DNA of 64,000 nucleotides from Pyrodictiaceae archaeon (GCA_027036135.1 JALVSY010000016.1:472645-536644), one strand, 5' to 3'; positions 28,532-39,367 are shown, counted from the first letter of the stretch. The notes: generated by a model from the sequence alone, not told the origin. A program made the numbers and translations.

Positions 28532-29309
28532 CTACATCTTAGCCAATGCGCTCAGAGCCGCGAGCGCCACTCTCTTCTCAACCCTAGCCATTCTCTCGCA
28601 GTCACTATAGACCCTCCATGAACCGGTATAAAGCTCGTCAGTCACTATATGGGCTAGCCCAAGCTCTACACCCCGGTACACAGCCACCGCCATGAGACCC
28701 GTGCTCTCCATGTCGACGCACAGAACACCCATAGAGCTATACTTCCGGACCTTGTCACGAGTCTCGCGGAATACGGCATCAATGCTCCACACACCGCCAA
28801 CGTGGAGCCCTACTCCCAGCTCCCTAGCAGCATCCCTTAGCTCAGCAACGAGTGGCCTCAACGCCTTCCCACTAGGCCTCGGAACAGCACCGGGAGGCAA
28901 GTAGTGATAACTAGTCCCCTCCCCCCCGGATACCCCACGAGGGCACAACAATATCGAAGACCCTTACCGATGGATTAATGGCTCCACAGCCACCGAGGGC
29001 AATGAATCTCCTAATACCAGCAGCGATGAGGAACTCTAAGGCCATAGCAGCAGCCGGGGCACAACTCCAAACCCTATAAGCACATACCCTGGCACCGCCA
29101 AGCTCGCCGACAACTCCCCCGAGAGTAGCTGGGACACGAGGCCTCTCCTCCGCAACCAAGACCCTCTCCAAGGAGTCACGCACAGCACCAAGAAGCCTAT
29201 CTAAGAAAACAAGAACACACCTATCACACAAGGGGCGAAACCTACTCCTCCTCACCCAGTCCATGGGCGAAACCACTGGCTCCCCCGCACCGGGAACTAT
29301 CAAGGCCAA
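28532..29309 (-). pseudogene. Nucleoside phosphorylase (PNP/UDP family), frameshifted in a G7 tract
   Basis: Halves LGGCGAI..WGIR and EGTSYHY..VDMES join if one G at 28921-28927 is removed. Confidence 0.8.
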
Positions 29310-29979
29310 GGAAGCCTCCTCATACCCTACCTTAGCCCTCCTCTACAGACAAGGTTCCCGGATCCTCTGTATAATAAGCAGTCAGTACTAGAACCAGGCT
29401 CAGGGATTAAGCGAGCACCTAGTGAGGAACAAGACTTGACCATTAACGACTCAAGACGAGCCAGCAACAACACATTCCATGCATCTCCTCGCCACGGGTC
29501 TCTCATAAAGGACACCAGCTAGGATGAATGCAGTGACCACTGTTGCAGCACCTAGTTCAACACAATTATTTGTGGGCGCGTATGTAGCGTGAGCGATAAG
29601 CCCAGATTACCCGGTTCGTAAGCAGACCAGAGACAGACAATGCGCTCAGCTACCTGGTCTTTAATCAAGACGGGATGAGGATCATAATCAACACCAGTGA
29701 CATAGCTAGCGTAGAGGGTGTCGGGGACTGCTTACGGACCGGGTATAATAGAGCTACTAGGCATGAGAGAATACATATGAGGAACACGGAGCAAGAAGAA
29801 TAGCCAATAGCTCTTAAGAAGCAACATTATGATTATATTTGGACTCACTCTAGTAGGGTTCTTCACAGCCTACGGAGAAGAGACGGAAGAAGCAACAATG
29901 AGTTGTCTACAGGGCAGGGGCCTATTGATAAGATGTCAAAAGGACTATTGTGTTGGCTTTTATTAGTCCTGGGCTCTTC

Positions 29980-30504
29980 CTAGTGTGCTAGTATTCTTAG
30001 TGCTGCTACTGCTGCCACTACTATCGTGCCCCAGATTGTTACTAATAGGCCTATTATCCATTTCATGAGGCTATCCATCCTGGTCTCGAGACGGTCTATT
30101 CTCTGCTCCAGCTTCTCTTCCAGCCGGGCTATCTCTGCTCGTAGCTCGTCTCTTACCTGGTAGAGTTCTTCCCGCGTAGCAAAGCTCTTCATTTCTTGTC
30201 TTAGCCTTTCTAGCTCATCTCGTGTAGCAAGTTCTCTTATCTCTTCTCGTAGGGTCCTTATTTCCTCCTCTAGGTCGCTTATCCCTATCTCTACCTTGCC
30301 TATCCTCTCCTCTATCCTATCCCCGAGTTTCTCTACGTCGTGCTTAGTAGCTGTCTCCCGTAGCAACGCCTCTAGCAGCAGCGATCTCAAATGCTCCTCC
30401 GAGGCTATGTCAGCAGCAAGCCTCCTAGCAAGCCTACGTGCCTTCTCTGGCTCCTCATCGAGCTCTCCTAGTAACTTGTCTAGGATAGACACGCCAGCCC
30501 CCAC
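29980..30504 (-). CDS. CCDC90/DUF1640-like coiled-coil protein with C-terminal TM anchor
   Basis: Beta-layer motifs ATKHDV, ATRDEL, ATREEL; C-terminal KWIIGLL TM. Confidence 0.8.
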   Translation of the reverse strand: MGAGVSILDKLLGELDEEPEKARRLARRLAADIASEEHLRSLLLEALLRETATKHDVEKLGDRIEERIGKVEIGISDLEEEIRTLREEIRELATRDELERLRQEMKSFATREELYQVRDELRAEIARLEEKLEQRIDRLETRMDSLMKWIIGLLVTIWGTIVVAAVAALRILAH

Positions 30505-30838
30505 ACAAGTACTAGCAAGGTGTAAGACAGAGATAAGGATAACTATGCCGAGCCTTCTAACTAAATGCCCTTACTACTCACCACAGCTGCACCCATGGCC
30601 GGCATTGATACGGATATAACCAGGTCTGGGCAATGGCAGGCTCTAGACGTAGGCCTAGCATTCCCCTATCTTGGCTCCTCATAGTATGTCCTATAGACTA
30701 GGCAAAGGGAAGCTAGGGCTTTGTGTAGGAATGGGAACGAGAATTCCTTGTGACGGATCTATTAGGGTGAGAACCGTGATGACATGGGCGTTTCGTCTCC
30801 GGCTTGATTTTAGGGAGAAGTAGTGGGCCCGGTGGGCG

Positions 30839-30953
<115 letters not shown>

Positions 30954-31144
30954 AGCCACGAGAGGCTGTTGTCCAAGTATTGGTGGATAGCATACCTCGC
31001 TGCGGGTTATTAAGCATTCTTTTAGTACCGTGCATTGTTGCCGTACCCTTATAGATCGCGTAGTTCTTGACATTGATTGTTGATAATATATCGCGCCATG
31101 TATTTTAGCGATGCATTACCCCATGCAGTAATGGATGGGCAAAA

Positions 31145-31687
31145 TTGAGCGCCGTGAGCGACGCGTTACGCCCCGATATAATCGGCTATGGGCTCAGCGT
31201 CATGGCTACCAGGTTGCTGGTTGATTACCTGCCCAGTGAGCTAGAGAGCATTGTGGGGTCTCGGCAAGCATCGGCGATTATTGCCCGTGTATCAAGTAGG
31301 GGTGCTTATGAGGGATTCCGCGCCTTCTTGGAGAAGCTGGGCACCAGGAAAAGCATGGATATTGACTCGCTGCTAAGACTCTTCGTAAAGAGCGGTGAGC
31401 AACTGCACCCTTTTCAAGTATTTACCCTTGTCGAGAAGAACGGCGAGGACTATGTCCTGAAATTCGATGAGACAGTAGCCGAAAGGATGAAGAAAACGCC
31501 CTCAGTGGCAGCGGTATTTGGCGGAGTAATTGCGGGTTGTTTGTCAGCTATAGGGCTTAGTGCCCGCTTTGCTCCCAGTGAGGACGCCTTGAGAACAATG
31601 TGCCTTAGCAAGACTAGGCCTAGATACATAGTGGTTAGCCAAGAATCATCACTTATAATTAAGAAGCTAAAGTGTAATAGGGATTAA
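31145..31687 (+). CDS. Hypothetical protein, possible V4R/Bet3-like fold
   Basis: LESIVG..ASAII...G pattern and FGGVIAGCL. Confidence 0.55.
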   Translation: MSAVSDALRPDIIGYGLSVMATRLLVDYLPSELESIVGSRQASAIIARVSSRGAYEGFRAFLEKLGTRKSMDIDSLLRLFVKSGEQLHPFQVFTLVEKNGEDYVLKFDETVAERMKKTPSVAAVFGGVIAGCLSAIGLSARFAPSEDALRTMCLSKTRPRYIVVSQESSLIIKKLKCNRD

Positions 31688-31792
31688 ACAGTATGGAGCA
31701 ATAGCATGGCATTATTGTCTAACTCTTACTCTTATTTTTCGGCGAACACTGTATAGTTTTCCTCAACTATACCCAGCTTTGGGGCTCTATGC

Positions 31793-33511
31793 ATGAGTAT
31801 TGATCTGCGTAGCCTTGTTATAGGCTTGGTTGTCGCTGCTTGGCTTGTCTCGCTTGTCTCCGGTGGCTATGTCTATTATGTTAACGGTATCTTGGTGGGC
31901 TTGCTAGCTGACCCCGTCCTGGTGGTGGTTGTCCGGCTCGTTACTGTTGCTGGTTTGCTGTGGCTCGTCGCTGGGCTCATGAGGGCTCATGGGGCGATAA
32001 TTGATTATTATGGGGCTGGTAGGCCTAGGCCTGGTTTCTGGCCCCGTTTCGGTCTCTGGCTTGGTCTCATTCTCTCCGTTTTCCTCATAGTATATGGTGC
32101 TGGTAGTACTGGCGTCGTTCTCTTCTCTAGCTTTGTGCTTGCCCCGCTAATGGGCTATGCATATTCGAAGATACTGCGCCGGAGCGCGTGGCTGGTAGTG
32201 GGCCTGGTCATGGTTGTCTCGTTGATAGTTATCCCTCTCTACCTATACGAGCCTGTGGCCTCGTCCCGTCACATAGGCGTCGCCTACACGGAGTCGATGA
32301 TTAGTGTTAATGGGTTTAAGCGCTTCATACCATTGATGACTGCCTACGTCTATGCTAGTGACCGTGTGCAGAGCCCTGTTCACTGCATATACCCTGGTGA
32401 TAGCTATGTCTACTACAATGGTAGCCACAGCGTCTATAACTGGATAATAGAGCCCGAGGGCCTATGGAACGAGCTGACCCGGCGCCCCCTCGGCGTAGTC
32501 TTCGTCTACGGAGACAAGTACCCGCCCAAGGTGAGGTTCATTGAGCATCGTCTCGCCTGGGGTCTTCACAATAAGCGCTTCCTAGTCTTCCTCGTAAATG
32601 AGCTAAAGAGACACATAATGATCAGCTGTGGGCTCCAGTACAAGCCCCTGCTCGAGGACAACATGGAGATACTACATCACGGGCGCATCTACATACTAGT
32701 ACCCCTAGAGACTTGGCGAAGAGGCCTACTCTATAGCCTACCAGTACTAGCTGGCTACGCCGTGGTAGGGGAAAGCGGCGACATAACTTGTATCCCCACC
32801 GCTAAGCTGAGGGAATCACCGCTCATGAAGGGGCTTCCCTTGCTCCCCGAGAAGATTGCCAGGGACTGGGTTGAGACGTACCGCTACAGCGTTGGCTTCA
32901 TCGCCTTCTACTTCTATCACAACACTTACGTGATACGCGACGTAGGCACTAATCCCCAACCCTACCTAGAGCAAGGAAGCGATGGGAAGCAGTACTGGGT
33001 GTTCGTCGCGGAGCCAGCTGGGAAGACGTATAGCGCGAAGTACATCATATACATCGACTCCAGGCACATCGGGGAGCCAAGAATACTAATGTACAAGCTC
33101 CCGCGCCCAGTTATAGGCGTGAGCAAGGTAGCTAGCTACGTGAAGCAAGCCCACCCAACGTTTGACTGGAGCCAGCTAAGCATACAGGAACCCATGCCAA
33201 CAATACTAGGCAACAACCTATACTGGAAAGTAACAGTCACGACAAGGGATTACCGCGGCCTAGTAAGCATAGACGTCGTCAACGCAGCCACCGGGGAGGT
33301 AAAGAGCATGAGGCCAAGCGGCTCGATAACCTACCTAGACGCGATGAACACGCTCCTGCTCGGCAAACAGGCAAAGCCGGGGCCAAAGAGCATAGCGGAG
33401 AAGATAAACGAGCTAGAAAAGAGAATAGACCAGATGATACAACAGCTCACCGAGATGAAGAAAGAACTAGAGGAACTAAAACAGCAGCTAGCAACAAACC
33501 AGTCCAAGTAG
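31793..33511 (+). CDS. Membrane protein with large extracellular domain and C-terminal coiled coil
   Basis: 5 N-terminal TM, PepSY-like YWKV...VVNAATGEV, heptad tail. Confidence 0.8.
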   Translation: MSIDLRSLVIGLVVAAWLVSLVSGGYVYYVNGILVGLLADPVLVVVVRLVTVAGLLWLVAGLMRAHGAIIDYYGAGRPRPGFWPRFGLWLGLILSVFLIVYGAGSTGVVLFSSFVLAPLMGYAYSKILRRSAWLVVGLVMVVSLIVIPLYLYEPVASSRHIGVAYTESMISVNGFKRFIPLMTAYVYASDRVQSPVHCIYPGDSYVYYNGSHSVYNWIIEPEGLWNELTRRPLGVVFVYGDKYPPKVRFIEHRLAWGLHNKRFLVFLVNELKRHIMISCGLQYKPLLEDNMEILHHGRIYILVPLETWRRGLLYSLPVLAGYAVVGESGDITCIPTAKLRESPLMKGLPLLPEKIARDWVETYRYSVGFIAFYFYHNTYVIRDVGTNPQPYLEQGSDGKQYWVFVAEPAGKTYSAKYIIYIDSRHIGEPRILMYKLPRPVIGVSKVASYVKQAHPTFDWSQLSIQEPMPTILGNNLYWKVTVTTRDYRGLVSIDVVNAATGEVKSMRPSGSITYLDAMNTLLLGKQAKPGPKSIAEKINELEKRIDQMIQQLTEMKKELEELKQQLATNQSK

Positions 33512-33514
33512 TCA

Positions 33515-33841
33515 CTAGTTGCTCTGTTTGCTCGTCTCCTTCCTCACCCAGTCACAGTACTCGCCGAGACAAGCAACAACGGGCAAGGCAAGTATCTCTG
33601 GTACCTCGTATGGGTGTACCCGCTTAATCTCCTCTACTAGTTCCTCGAGCCGAGAGACACTAGTCTTTATCACAAGGAGATCCTCTTTGTCCTCCTCTAT
33701 CTTTCCCTTCCACCAATAGAGGCTCTCCACACTACCCACGTTGACGCACGCTGCTAGGCGCTTCTCGAGAATACTCCTCGCTATCTCCTTGCCTTTCCCC
33801 CGGGGAGCAGTAACAAGTACAACAACCACGCCCGACTCCAT
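33515..33841 (-). CDS. cutA: Divalent-cation tolerance protein CutA
   Basis: LAACVN, SLYWWKG, HPYEVPEI. Confidence 0.95.
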   Translation of the reverse strand: MESGVVVVLVTAPRGKGKEIARSILEKRLAACVNVGSVESLYWWKGKIEEDKEDLLVIKTSVSRLEELVEEIKRVHPYEVPEILALPVVACLGEYCDWVRKETSKQSN

Positions 33842-33932
33842 GCCTCATCTCCGAGAAGCAGGGTGTTACAGAGGGTTCTCCTTTTTCTCCTTCCCTGGGA
33901 GGGCAGAGAAGATGGATAGGAAAAGAGCCCTT

Positions 33933-34517
33933 CTAGCGCCTCGCACCTATACTCTCCTTGAGCTTTGCTAGTGCTTCCTCGTGCTCCCTCGTCCACTTAG
34001 AACTTCTCTGCAATACCGGCTTCACATTACTCTCTATTATCTTGGCTAGCTCAGCTACTAGGACCCCTATGTCGTAGGCAGCCTCGCTACGCGATGCGTA
34101 CTTGCTTAGCTCTAGGTCTGGGTCTGGGCCGTGGTACTGGTAGTCGTGGAGGCTAAGTGCCTTGTCGGTTAACGAGCTATAATAGGGAATGCATGTCTCC
34201 TCTAATAGCTGGCTTAGTGGCTTAAGCCTAGTACTGGGTATCCTAGGTACTGCTTTCTCTACTAGCCATTTCTCCTGATCCTTCTTGCTTAGCCTTTCCT
34301 TGATTTTGCCCTGGCAGATTACTAGGAGTGCCCCGGTAAGAGCCCTCCATGCCTGGAAAGCCTTCCCGGCAGCGTTCCTTGTATAGCCTTCCTCTAAGAA
34401 GCGTAGAGCAAGCAATGACTCGAGCAAGGCCTCAAGGACACGGGCAGCAGCGTAGCCCAATGGGTCCCGCCGAGGCTTAGGCAGAGGCTTCTCAAGCTTC
34501 TCCGCGATTGTTGCTAT
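33933..34517 (-). CDS. PaREP1 family protein (apparent ATA start)
   Basis: Paralog of 8473-9036; homology extends to ATA 34517, 6 nt after GGGGTGA SD. Confidence 0.85.
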   Translation of the reverse strand: MATIAEKLEKPLPKPRRDPLGYAAARVLEALLESLLALRFLEEGYTRNAAGKAFQAWRALTGALLVICQGKIKERLSKKDQEKWLVEKAVPRIPSTRLKPLSQLLEETCIPYYSSLTDKALSLHDYQYHGPDPDLELSKYASRSEAAYDIGVLVAELAKIIESNVKPVLQRSSKWTREHEEALAKLKESIGARR

Positions 34518-34732
34518 GGAGCGTCACCCCTTGTCACTAAAATAGCGTTACTACTCCTATTAAACCTAGGAGCTAAGCTCCTCTACGTGTTTTGTAGGGG
34601 GGATTTTTAATTCCTAGTAGTCGTTTTTATTTTCGACTAGACAGGGGGAGTATAGGATGGCCTACTAGGTACATGTGTAGCTGTGTTCATAGGGCTATGT
34701 GGCAGAAGGGCCTCGTTGATGGTGCAGGAGGT

Positions 34733-35173
34733 ATGCCCGAGGGTGTTATTGGGCCTAGGATGAGGCACTGGGTCGAGGTAGTCTATGTCGCGTTCGAGCT
34801 TGTTGCTCTCTTAGCGCTTGTCGTGGCGACCATTGCTGCTATCTATGAGTTCTTCTCCACGCTTATCCATGAGGGCTTCGTCTATACTGTTGTGCTTGAG
34901 AAGATTCTTCTTATATTCGTGTTCATAGACTTGACGAGGACTATGGTGGGCAGTATCGTTGCGGGCAGGTTCCGCATGGATATACTGCTTGAGGCAATAA
35001 CGATAGCCCTCGCGCGAGATCTAATACTCAATATCGCTACTGAGTCACATAGCTTCTCTATAGCGAGGGTTCTGAGCCTCGGGGGCCTATTGGCCACTAT
35101 GGTTGTTCTCTGGGTGCTTGCTAAGCGGGTAGAGTATAAGGAAACGGAGGCTATGATGGTAAAGGAGGAGTAG
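34733..35173 (+). CDS. PsiE family membrane protein
   Basis: 4 TM, ILLIFVFIDL, EAITIALARDLI. Confidence 0.8.
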   Translation: MPEGVIGPRMRHWVEVVYVAFELVALLALVVATIAAIYEFFSTLIHEGFVYTVVLEKILLIFVFIDLTRTMVGSIVAGRFRMDILLEAITIALARDLILNIATESHSFSIARVLSLGGLLATMVVLWVLAKRVEYKETEAMMVKEE

Positions 35174-35212
35174 GGGGTAGCTAGGAGGTAAAAACTGGCT
35201 TTGCTTCATGTG

Positions 35213-36229
35213 TTACTTTCTCCAGCCTAGTTCTCCGTTGAGGTACTTCTCTATCGCCTTGGCAGCGTCTAGCCCGCTCTTGAGGGCGGGGCCTATTAGG
35301 CTTGGGCCGTGGCTCACGTCGCCCGCGGCGAATACTGGCTCCCTTGTTGTTCTCTTGTACTCGTCAACGTCTATTGTGCCCCATTTTGTTAGCTTTATGC
35401 CGCAGCATTCGTCCTCGAAGGGCGGTGTCGGTACCAGGCCTATGCTCTCAATGACCATATCTGTCTCTATTGTCACGTACTCGCCTGTCCCCTCTATCCC
35501 GGGTCTCTTCTCACCAGGTCTCGGTACTAGCTTCATTTTCTCGAACTTTACTGCTTTGAGGTGTCCATCGGGTCCAGCCACGTACTCTACTGGGCTTAGT
35601 AGCTCGTGTATTATTGCTCCCTCTTCCTCGGCTTCCTTGAAGCCCCGTGGACCCGCGGGAGCGTATTGCCTCGTCCTGCGGTAGGCTAGGTGTATCTCCT
35701 TGGCGCCGAGCCACTTGGATACGTGCACAGCGTCTATCGCGGTTAGCCCGCCGCCTATTACTACTACGCGTGGCTTTATCATTGGCTTCTCTTTACGGTA
35801 CATGTATTTCCATAGGTGGTACTGGAATATCCAGTCAAACGCGTCTATTACCTCGGGGAGGTCGCGGCCAGGTATGTTAAGCCTACGACCCTTCCATGTA
35901 CCAGTGGCTATGAGGACTGCGTTGTAATTGTCTATGAGGTCTTGGAGAAGTATATCCTTTCCCACCTTTACGCACTGTTTGAACTCTACGCCCATGTTTA
36001 TGAGCTCGCGCATACCCTCCTTGACCTTTGGCTTGTTAACGTGTATCTCGAGGACACCAAAGATGAGGAGACCACCTGGCTCGGGGAGCATATCGAAGAC
36101 TGTTACGTTGAAGCCCTTGCACCTCAGGTAGCCAGCGGCTGCGAGGCCAGCTGGCCCAGCTCCTATGATCGCGACTTTCTCTTCCCGGGGCTTTGCTTCT
36201 CCGGGCTTACAGCCAATCACGAAGCGCAC
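35213..36229 (-). CDS. GltD-like FAD/NADPH oxidoreductase (stand-alone)
   Basis: GAGPAG, PGGLLIFG, GGGLTAID, YRR, FAAGD. Confidence 0.9.
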   Translation of the reverse strand: MRFVIGCKPGEAKPREEKVAIIGAGPAGLAAAGYLRCKGFNVTVFDMLPEPGGLLIFGVLEIHVNKPKVKEGMRELINMGVEFKQCVKVGKDILLQDLIDNYNAVLIATGTWKGRRLNIPGRDLPEVIDAFDWIFQYHLWKYMYRKEKPMIKPRVVVIGGGLTAIDAVHVSKWLGAKEIHLAYRRTRQYAPAGPRGFKEAEEEGAIIHELLSPVEYVAGPDGHLKAVKFEKMKLVPRPGEKRPGIEGTGEYVTIETDMVIESIGLVPTPPFEDECCGIKLTKWGTIDVDEYKRTTREPVFAAGDVSHGPSLIGPALKSGLDAAKAIEKYLNGELGWRK

Positions 36230-36310
36230 AGAAGTTTCGCCTCCAAGTGTTAAAGAAAACAATCGCCGTGGGTTAAGAACATGGTGGGAAACAGTGTCCT
36301 AAAAGTAGGA

Positions 36311-37462
36311 CTAGGCCCGGGCCCTGGCAAGCTCCTCGGCGACTCTCTTTCCCTGTTCGGCGCCGAAGAGGCTCCTTATACGAGGCGCTGCCTGGACATA
36401 GCCTATCGCTATGGGTGCTTGTATAACTGGTATTAGTGCGGCTGGTAGTGCTGCTACAGGGCCGAGAGCCATAACAGCTATGGCTGCAGCTACGCTAGCG
36501 TTCTTAGTGGCTGAGAGAAACGCTACTGACATGTGCTCTTCATATCTTAGTCCTAGTAGCTTATCAGTAAAGGTTACCAGCGATAATAGTATTCCTAGGA
36601 TTACTGCCTGGAGTGTAAAGATCTTTACAGCTATCATGGGTTTCCCGATTATCATTCCAGCCTTGTTAGCAACGAGCAACGCTATGAGGATTATCATTGT
36701 TATCATTGTCCAGAGCGAGAGATGGGGCTTAACCTCTTCCTCGAGCTTCGCTATAATACACTCTTCCACGCTCTTCAAGGCCTCGTAGAGCTCCCGTACC
36801 CCAAGCCCATGGACACTAACTCCGTCTTTCAAGCACTTGTAGCCCTCTGCTCCTGTAGCGATTTTCCTCCTAGCTCTATAGTGTATGATTAGGTACCTTG
36901 TTAGCTGTCCAGCTATAAGAGGTACTAGTAGGGTTATTCCCAGCGACTCCATAATAGGCCCCATGGGGACCCTTATCGTTGCTAGCTTGGCATAGAGGGA
37001 CATGTAGCCAGGGATGGCTGCAAATGCTCCGAAGAGGCTTATGAGTGCAAGCACGGTTGCCAGCTCAATGCTTCCACCAGTTAATAGCACATAGCCTATT
37101 GAGGCACTGGATGCCGGAACTATATTTGTTAGCACGAATCCCAGCGAGAGCTGCTTTACAGCGAAGAACTTGGCGAAGAACATTGCTAGTATTGGAGAGA
37201 CTACGAACACCGAGATAACACCGATAATTATTGCCTTTACACGTGTAGCTGCCCTTCCCAGTTCTCCTATCCTGAGCTGTATCATTGACGGATATATTGT
37301 TAGTATCGCGAAGAATACGATGAGGTCCTTCATCTCCTCGTGGTGAGCCTTTATGCTTGAGCGTAGCGGGTAGCCTATGGCTAGTCCTATTATCATTGCT
37401 AGGATTGCGTATAGTAGAAGGTATTGTTTGAGATGCTTGGCCGCTTTTCTTACCGGACTCAT
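36311..37462 (-). CDS. ACR3/bile acid:sodium symporter family transporter
   Basis: IYPSMI, TGGSIELA, KNASVAAAIA; ~10 TM. Confidence 0.85.
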   Translation of the reverse strand: MSPVRKAAKHLKQYLLLYAILAMIIGLAIGYPLRSSIKAHHEEMKDLIVFFAILTIYPSMIQLRIGELGRAATRVKAIIIGVISVFVVSPILAMFFAKFFAVKQLSLGFVLTNIVPASSASIGYVLLTGGSIELATVLALISLFGAFAAIPGYMSLYAKLATIRVPMGPIMESLGITLLVPLIAGQLTRYLIIHYRARRKIATGAEGYKCLKDGVSVHGLGVRELYEALKSVEECIIAKLEEEVKPHLSLWTMITMIILIALLVANKAGMIIGKPMIAVKIFTLQAVILGILLSLVTFTDKLLGLRYEEHMSVAFLSATKNASVAAAIAVMALGPVAALPAALIPVIQAPIAIGYVQAAPRIRSLFGAEQGKRVAEELARARA

Positions 37463-37476
37463 GTTATCACCCTTAT

Positions 37477-37494
37477 TGACTGTCTGGTTAGTCA
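37477..37494. promoter_or_regulatory. Putative TetR operator TGACT-N8-AGTCA
   Basis: Lies between the minus-strand TATA (37495-37504) and the transporter start; divergent TetR gene. Confidence 0.55.
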
Positions 37495-37606
37495 GTATAT
37501 ATTTGTTTCCCTGGCCTAGGCGGTCTCAGAATAGAATATCTCAGCAAAACACTTCTAATCATCGGCGAACCTAATCCATAAAAATCAATGAGCAGGAAGA
37601 ATAACC

Positions 37607-38170
37607 ATGGGACTCGTGGAGAGGAAGACAGAGTTGCAAGAAATCGATACACGGGAGAAAATAGTAAGGGCAGCAATGAAGGTCTTCGCGTCCCACGGAT
37701 TATTTCGTGCACCCTTATCACTGGTAGCAAAGGAGGCTGGGGTATCAAAGGCGCTCATATTCTGGTACTTTGGGAGCCGTGACGAGCTAGTAAAAGAGGT
37801 TATTAAGAGAGCACTCCCAACAGACGTTGTAAAGGCGTGCCTCGAGAAGAACCTAGGCGGACGGGAACTACTCAAGTGTACGGGGGAGAAGTACTTCGAG
37901 AAGTACAGCGACCCCGTTATGAGAATGCTTCTAATCCACACTATGGCTGCCCGCGGACTAATAGACTACGTGGACGAGGCCTTCGAGGAACTATGTACGG
38001 AATACTTAGCAAAAATAGCTGAGCGCGTATGGGGCTCACGAGACAAGGAGTCAAGGATACGCGCAAGAATGCTGTTCGGTAGCCTCCTCTGCTACGCACT
38101 TAACCCGCCAAGAGACATAGAGCCCAAGGAGTACGTTGAGAAAATAGTTGAGGTATTGTACAAGAAATAG
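37607..38170 (+). CDS. TetR/AcrR family regulator
   Basis: TREKIVRAA..VF...VAKEAGVSKALIFWYFGSRDEL. Confidence 0.93.
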   Translation: MGLVERKTELQEIDTREKIVRAAMKVFASHGLFRAPLSLVAKEAGVSKALIFWYFGSRDELVKEVIKRALPTDVVKACLEKNLGGRELLKCTGEKYFEKYSDPVMRMLLIHTMAARGLIDYVDEAFEELCTEYLAKIAERVWGSRDKESRIRARMLFGSLLCYALNPPRDIEPKEYVEKIVEVLYKK

Positions 38171-38200
38171 TCCTAGGTTGTGTAGAAAGAGCTAGGGGGT

Positions 38201-39367
38201 TTAGTCTATCTCTAGTCCTAGCTTGCGTAGATAGTCTAATAGGTTGTAATATGCCCTTATCCTTGCTATGTTCTTTGCGCCGCGTGGCCCTGGGTCCTTC
38301 ATGAAGAACGCGTTCACTGGGTAAGCTGTGCCCTTGACTCCTGCGTCTTGTAGTATCTTGCCGAGCCTTGCTAGGTCCACCATTAGGCCTGCTAGCGCGG
38401 GGCTATCGTTTATCCTCATGTTTACCGCTAGCTCGTCCTCTAGACCGTTGAATGTCTTCCACCAAATGTGCATGGCTACGAACTTCTTGTCGCCTAGAGG
38501 CTCTAGGTAGCCTGTCGGCTTGATGTAGTGCGGTGCATCGTAGCCGAGAATATCCTTGACAATACTGCTCTTGGTCTCCTCCTTCATCTTGTTCCTCTCG
38601 GGTATGGTTAGTGATAGGAAGTCAGTGTTGCCGCCGATATTGAACTGCGCTATGCTTAGCACATAGCGGTTCCGCTCAGCAAGGTGCTCTAGTAGATCAG
38701 CTGTTAGCGGGGTAGCACCAGTCGCGCCGTCATCGCCTAGTACTATGCTCTCAACGCTCTCGTAGAGCTTCACCACGGCGTCGTCGCGGGCGAGCGGGCT
38801 CGGTATAACATTTACCAGGGTTACTTTCCTGCCAGTATCCTTCGCGTATAGATAGGTAGCGTATGCATAGGCGTGGCTAGCGCTGACGCCCTCACCGGCC
38901 TCGATGGCCTTCTCGAGAGCCTCTACATCATTAAAGGCCTTGGCGGGCTCAGTGTTTATCACGTTGAAGACCACGTCTGGGCTCATCTTTTTGAGTTCAG
39001 CGACCAGCGCCTCGATAGCGTCCTTTAGTGAGCCGGTCTCGTCCTCTAGGCCCTTAGCCTTGAATGGTAGGTCTCGTAGCGAGCCTAGGTGAATACCCCT
39101 CTTCACGACAATGTTTCTCAGCGTCTCTGGTACAGGTAGGATATCGCCTACGGCCTCCTTGGCTACCTCGTAGAGGGTCTTGCCCACCTTGGCCTCGTCG
39201 ACATCGAAGCTACCAACGATCTCTATATCCTCTATCCTGTAGGGTAGCTTGAACCTCGCTAGTGGCACGCCATAGGGCTCTACTTCGCCCCTCTTTATCC
39301 TCTCAACTCCTACCACGAAGTGAGTTGCGACAAGACCTTGTCCATATATTGCTACGCGTATGGGCAT
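38201..39367 (-). CDS. ino1: myo-inositol-1-phosphate synthase
   Basis: GQGLVA, GDDGATG, QFNIGGNTDF, LGDKK, INDSP; start MPIRV at 39367. Confidence 0.93.
   Translation of the reverse strand: MPIRVAIYGQGLVATHFVVGVERIKRGEVEPYGVPLARFKLPYRIEDIEIVGSFDVDEAKVGKTLYEVAKEAVGDILPVPETLRNIVVKRGIHLGSLRDLPFKAKGLEDETGSLKDAIEALVAELKKMSPDVVFNVINTEPAKAFNDVEALEKAIEAGEGVSASHAYAYATYLYAKDTGRKVTLVNVIPSPLARDDAVVKLYESVESIVLGDDGATGATPLTADLLEHLAERNRYVLSIAQFNIGGNTDFLSLTIPERNKMKEETKSSIVKDILGYDAPHYIKPTGYLEPLGDKKFVAMHIWWKTFNGLEDELAVNMRINDSPALAGLMVDLARLGKILQDAGVKGTAYPVNAFFMKDPGPRGAKNIARIRAYYNLLDYLRKLGLEID

Noticed and set aside
29327-29960. Possible PIN remnant (MRIIINTS) and short ORFs
   Set aside because: Resemblance limited to a few residues
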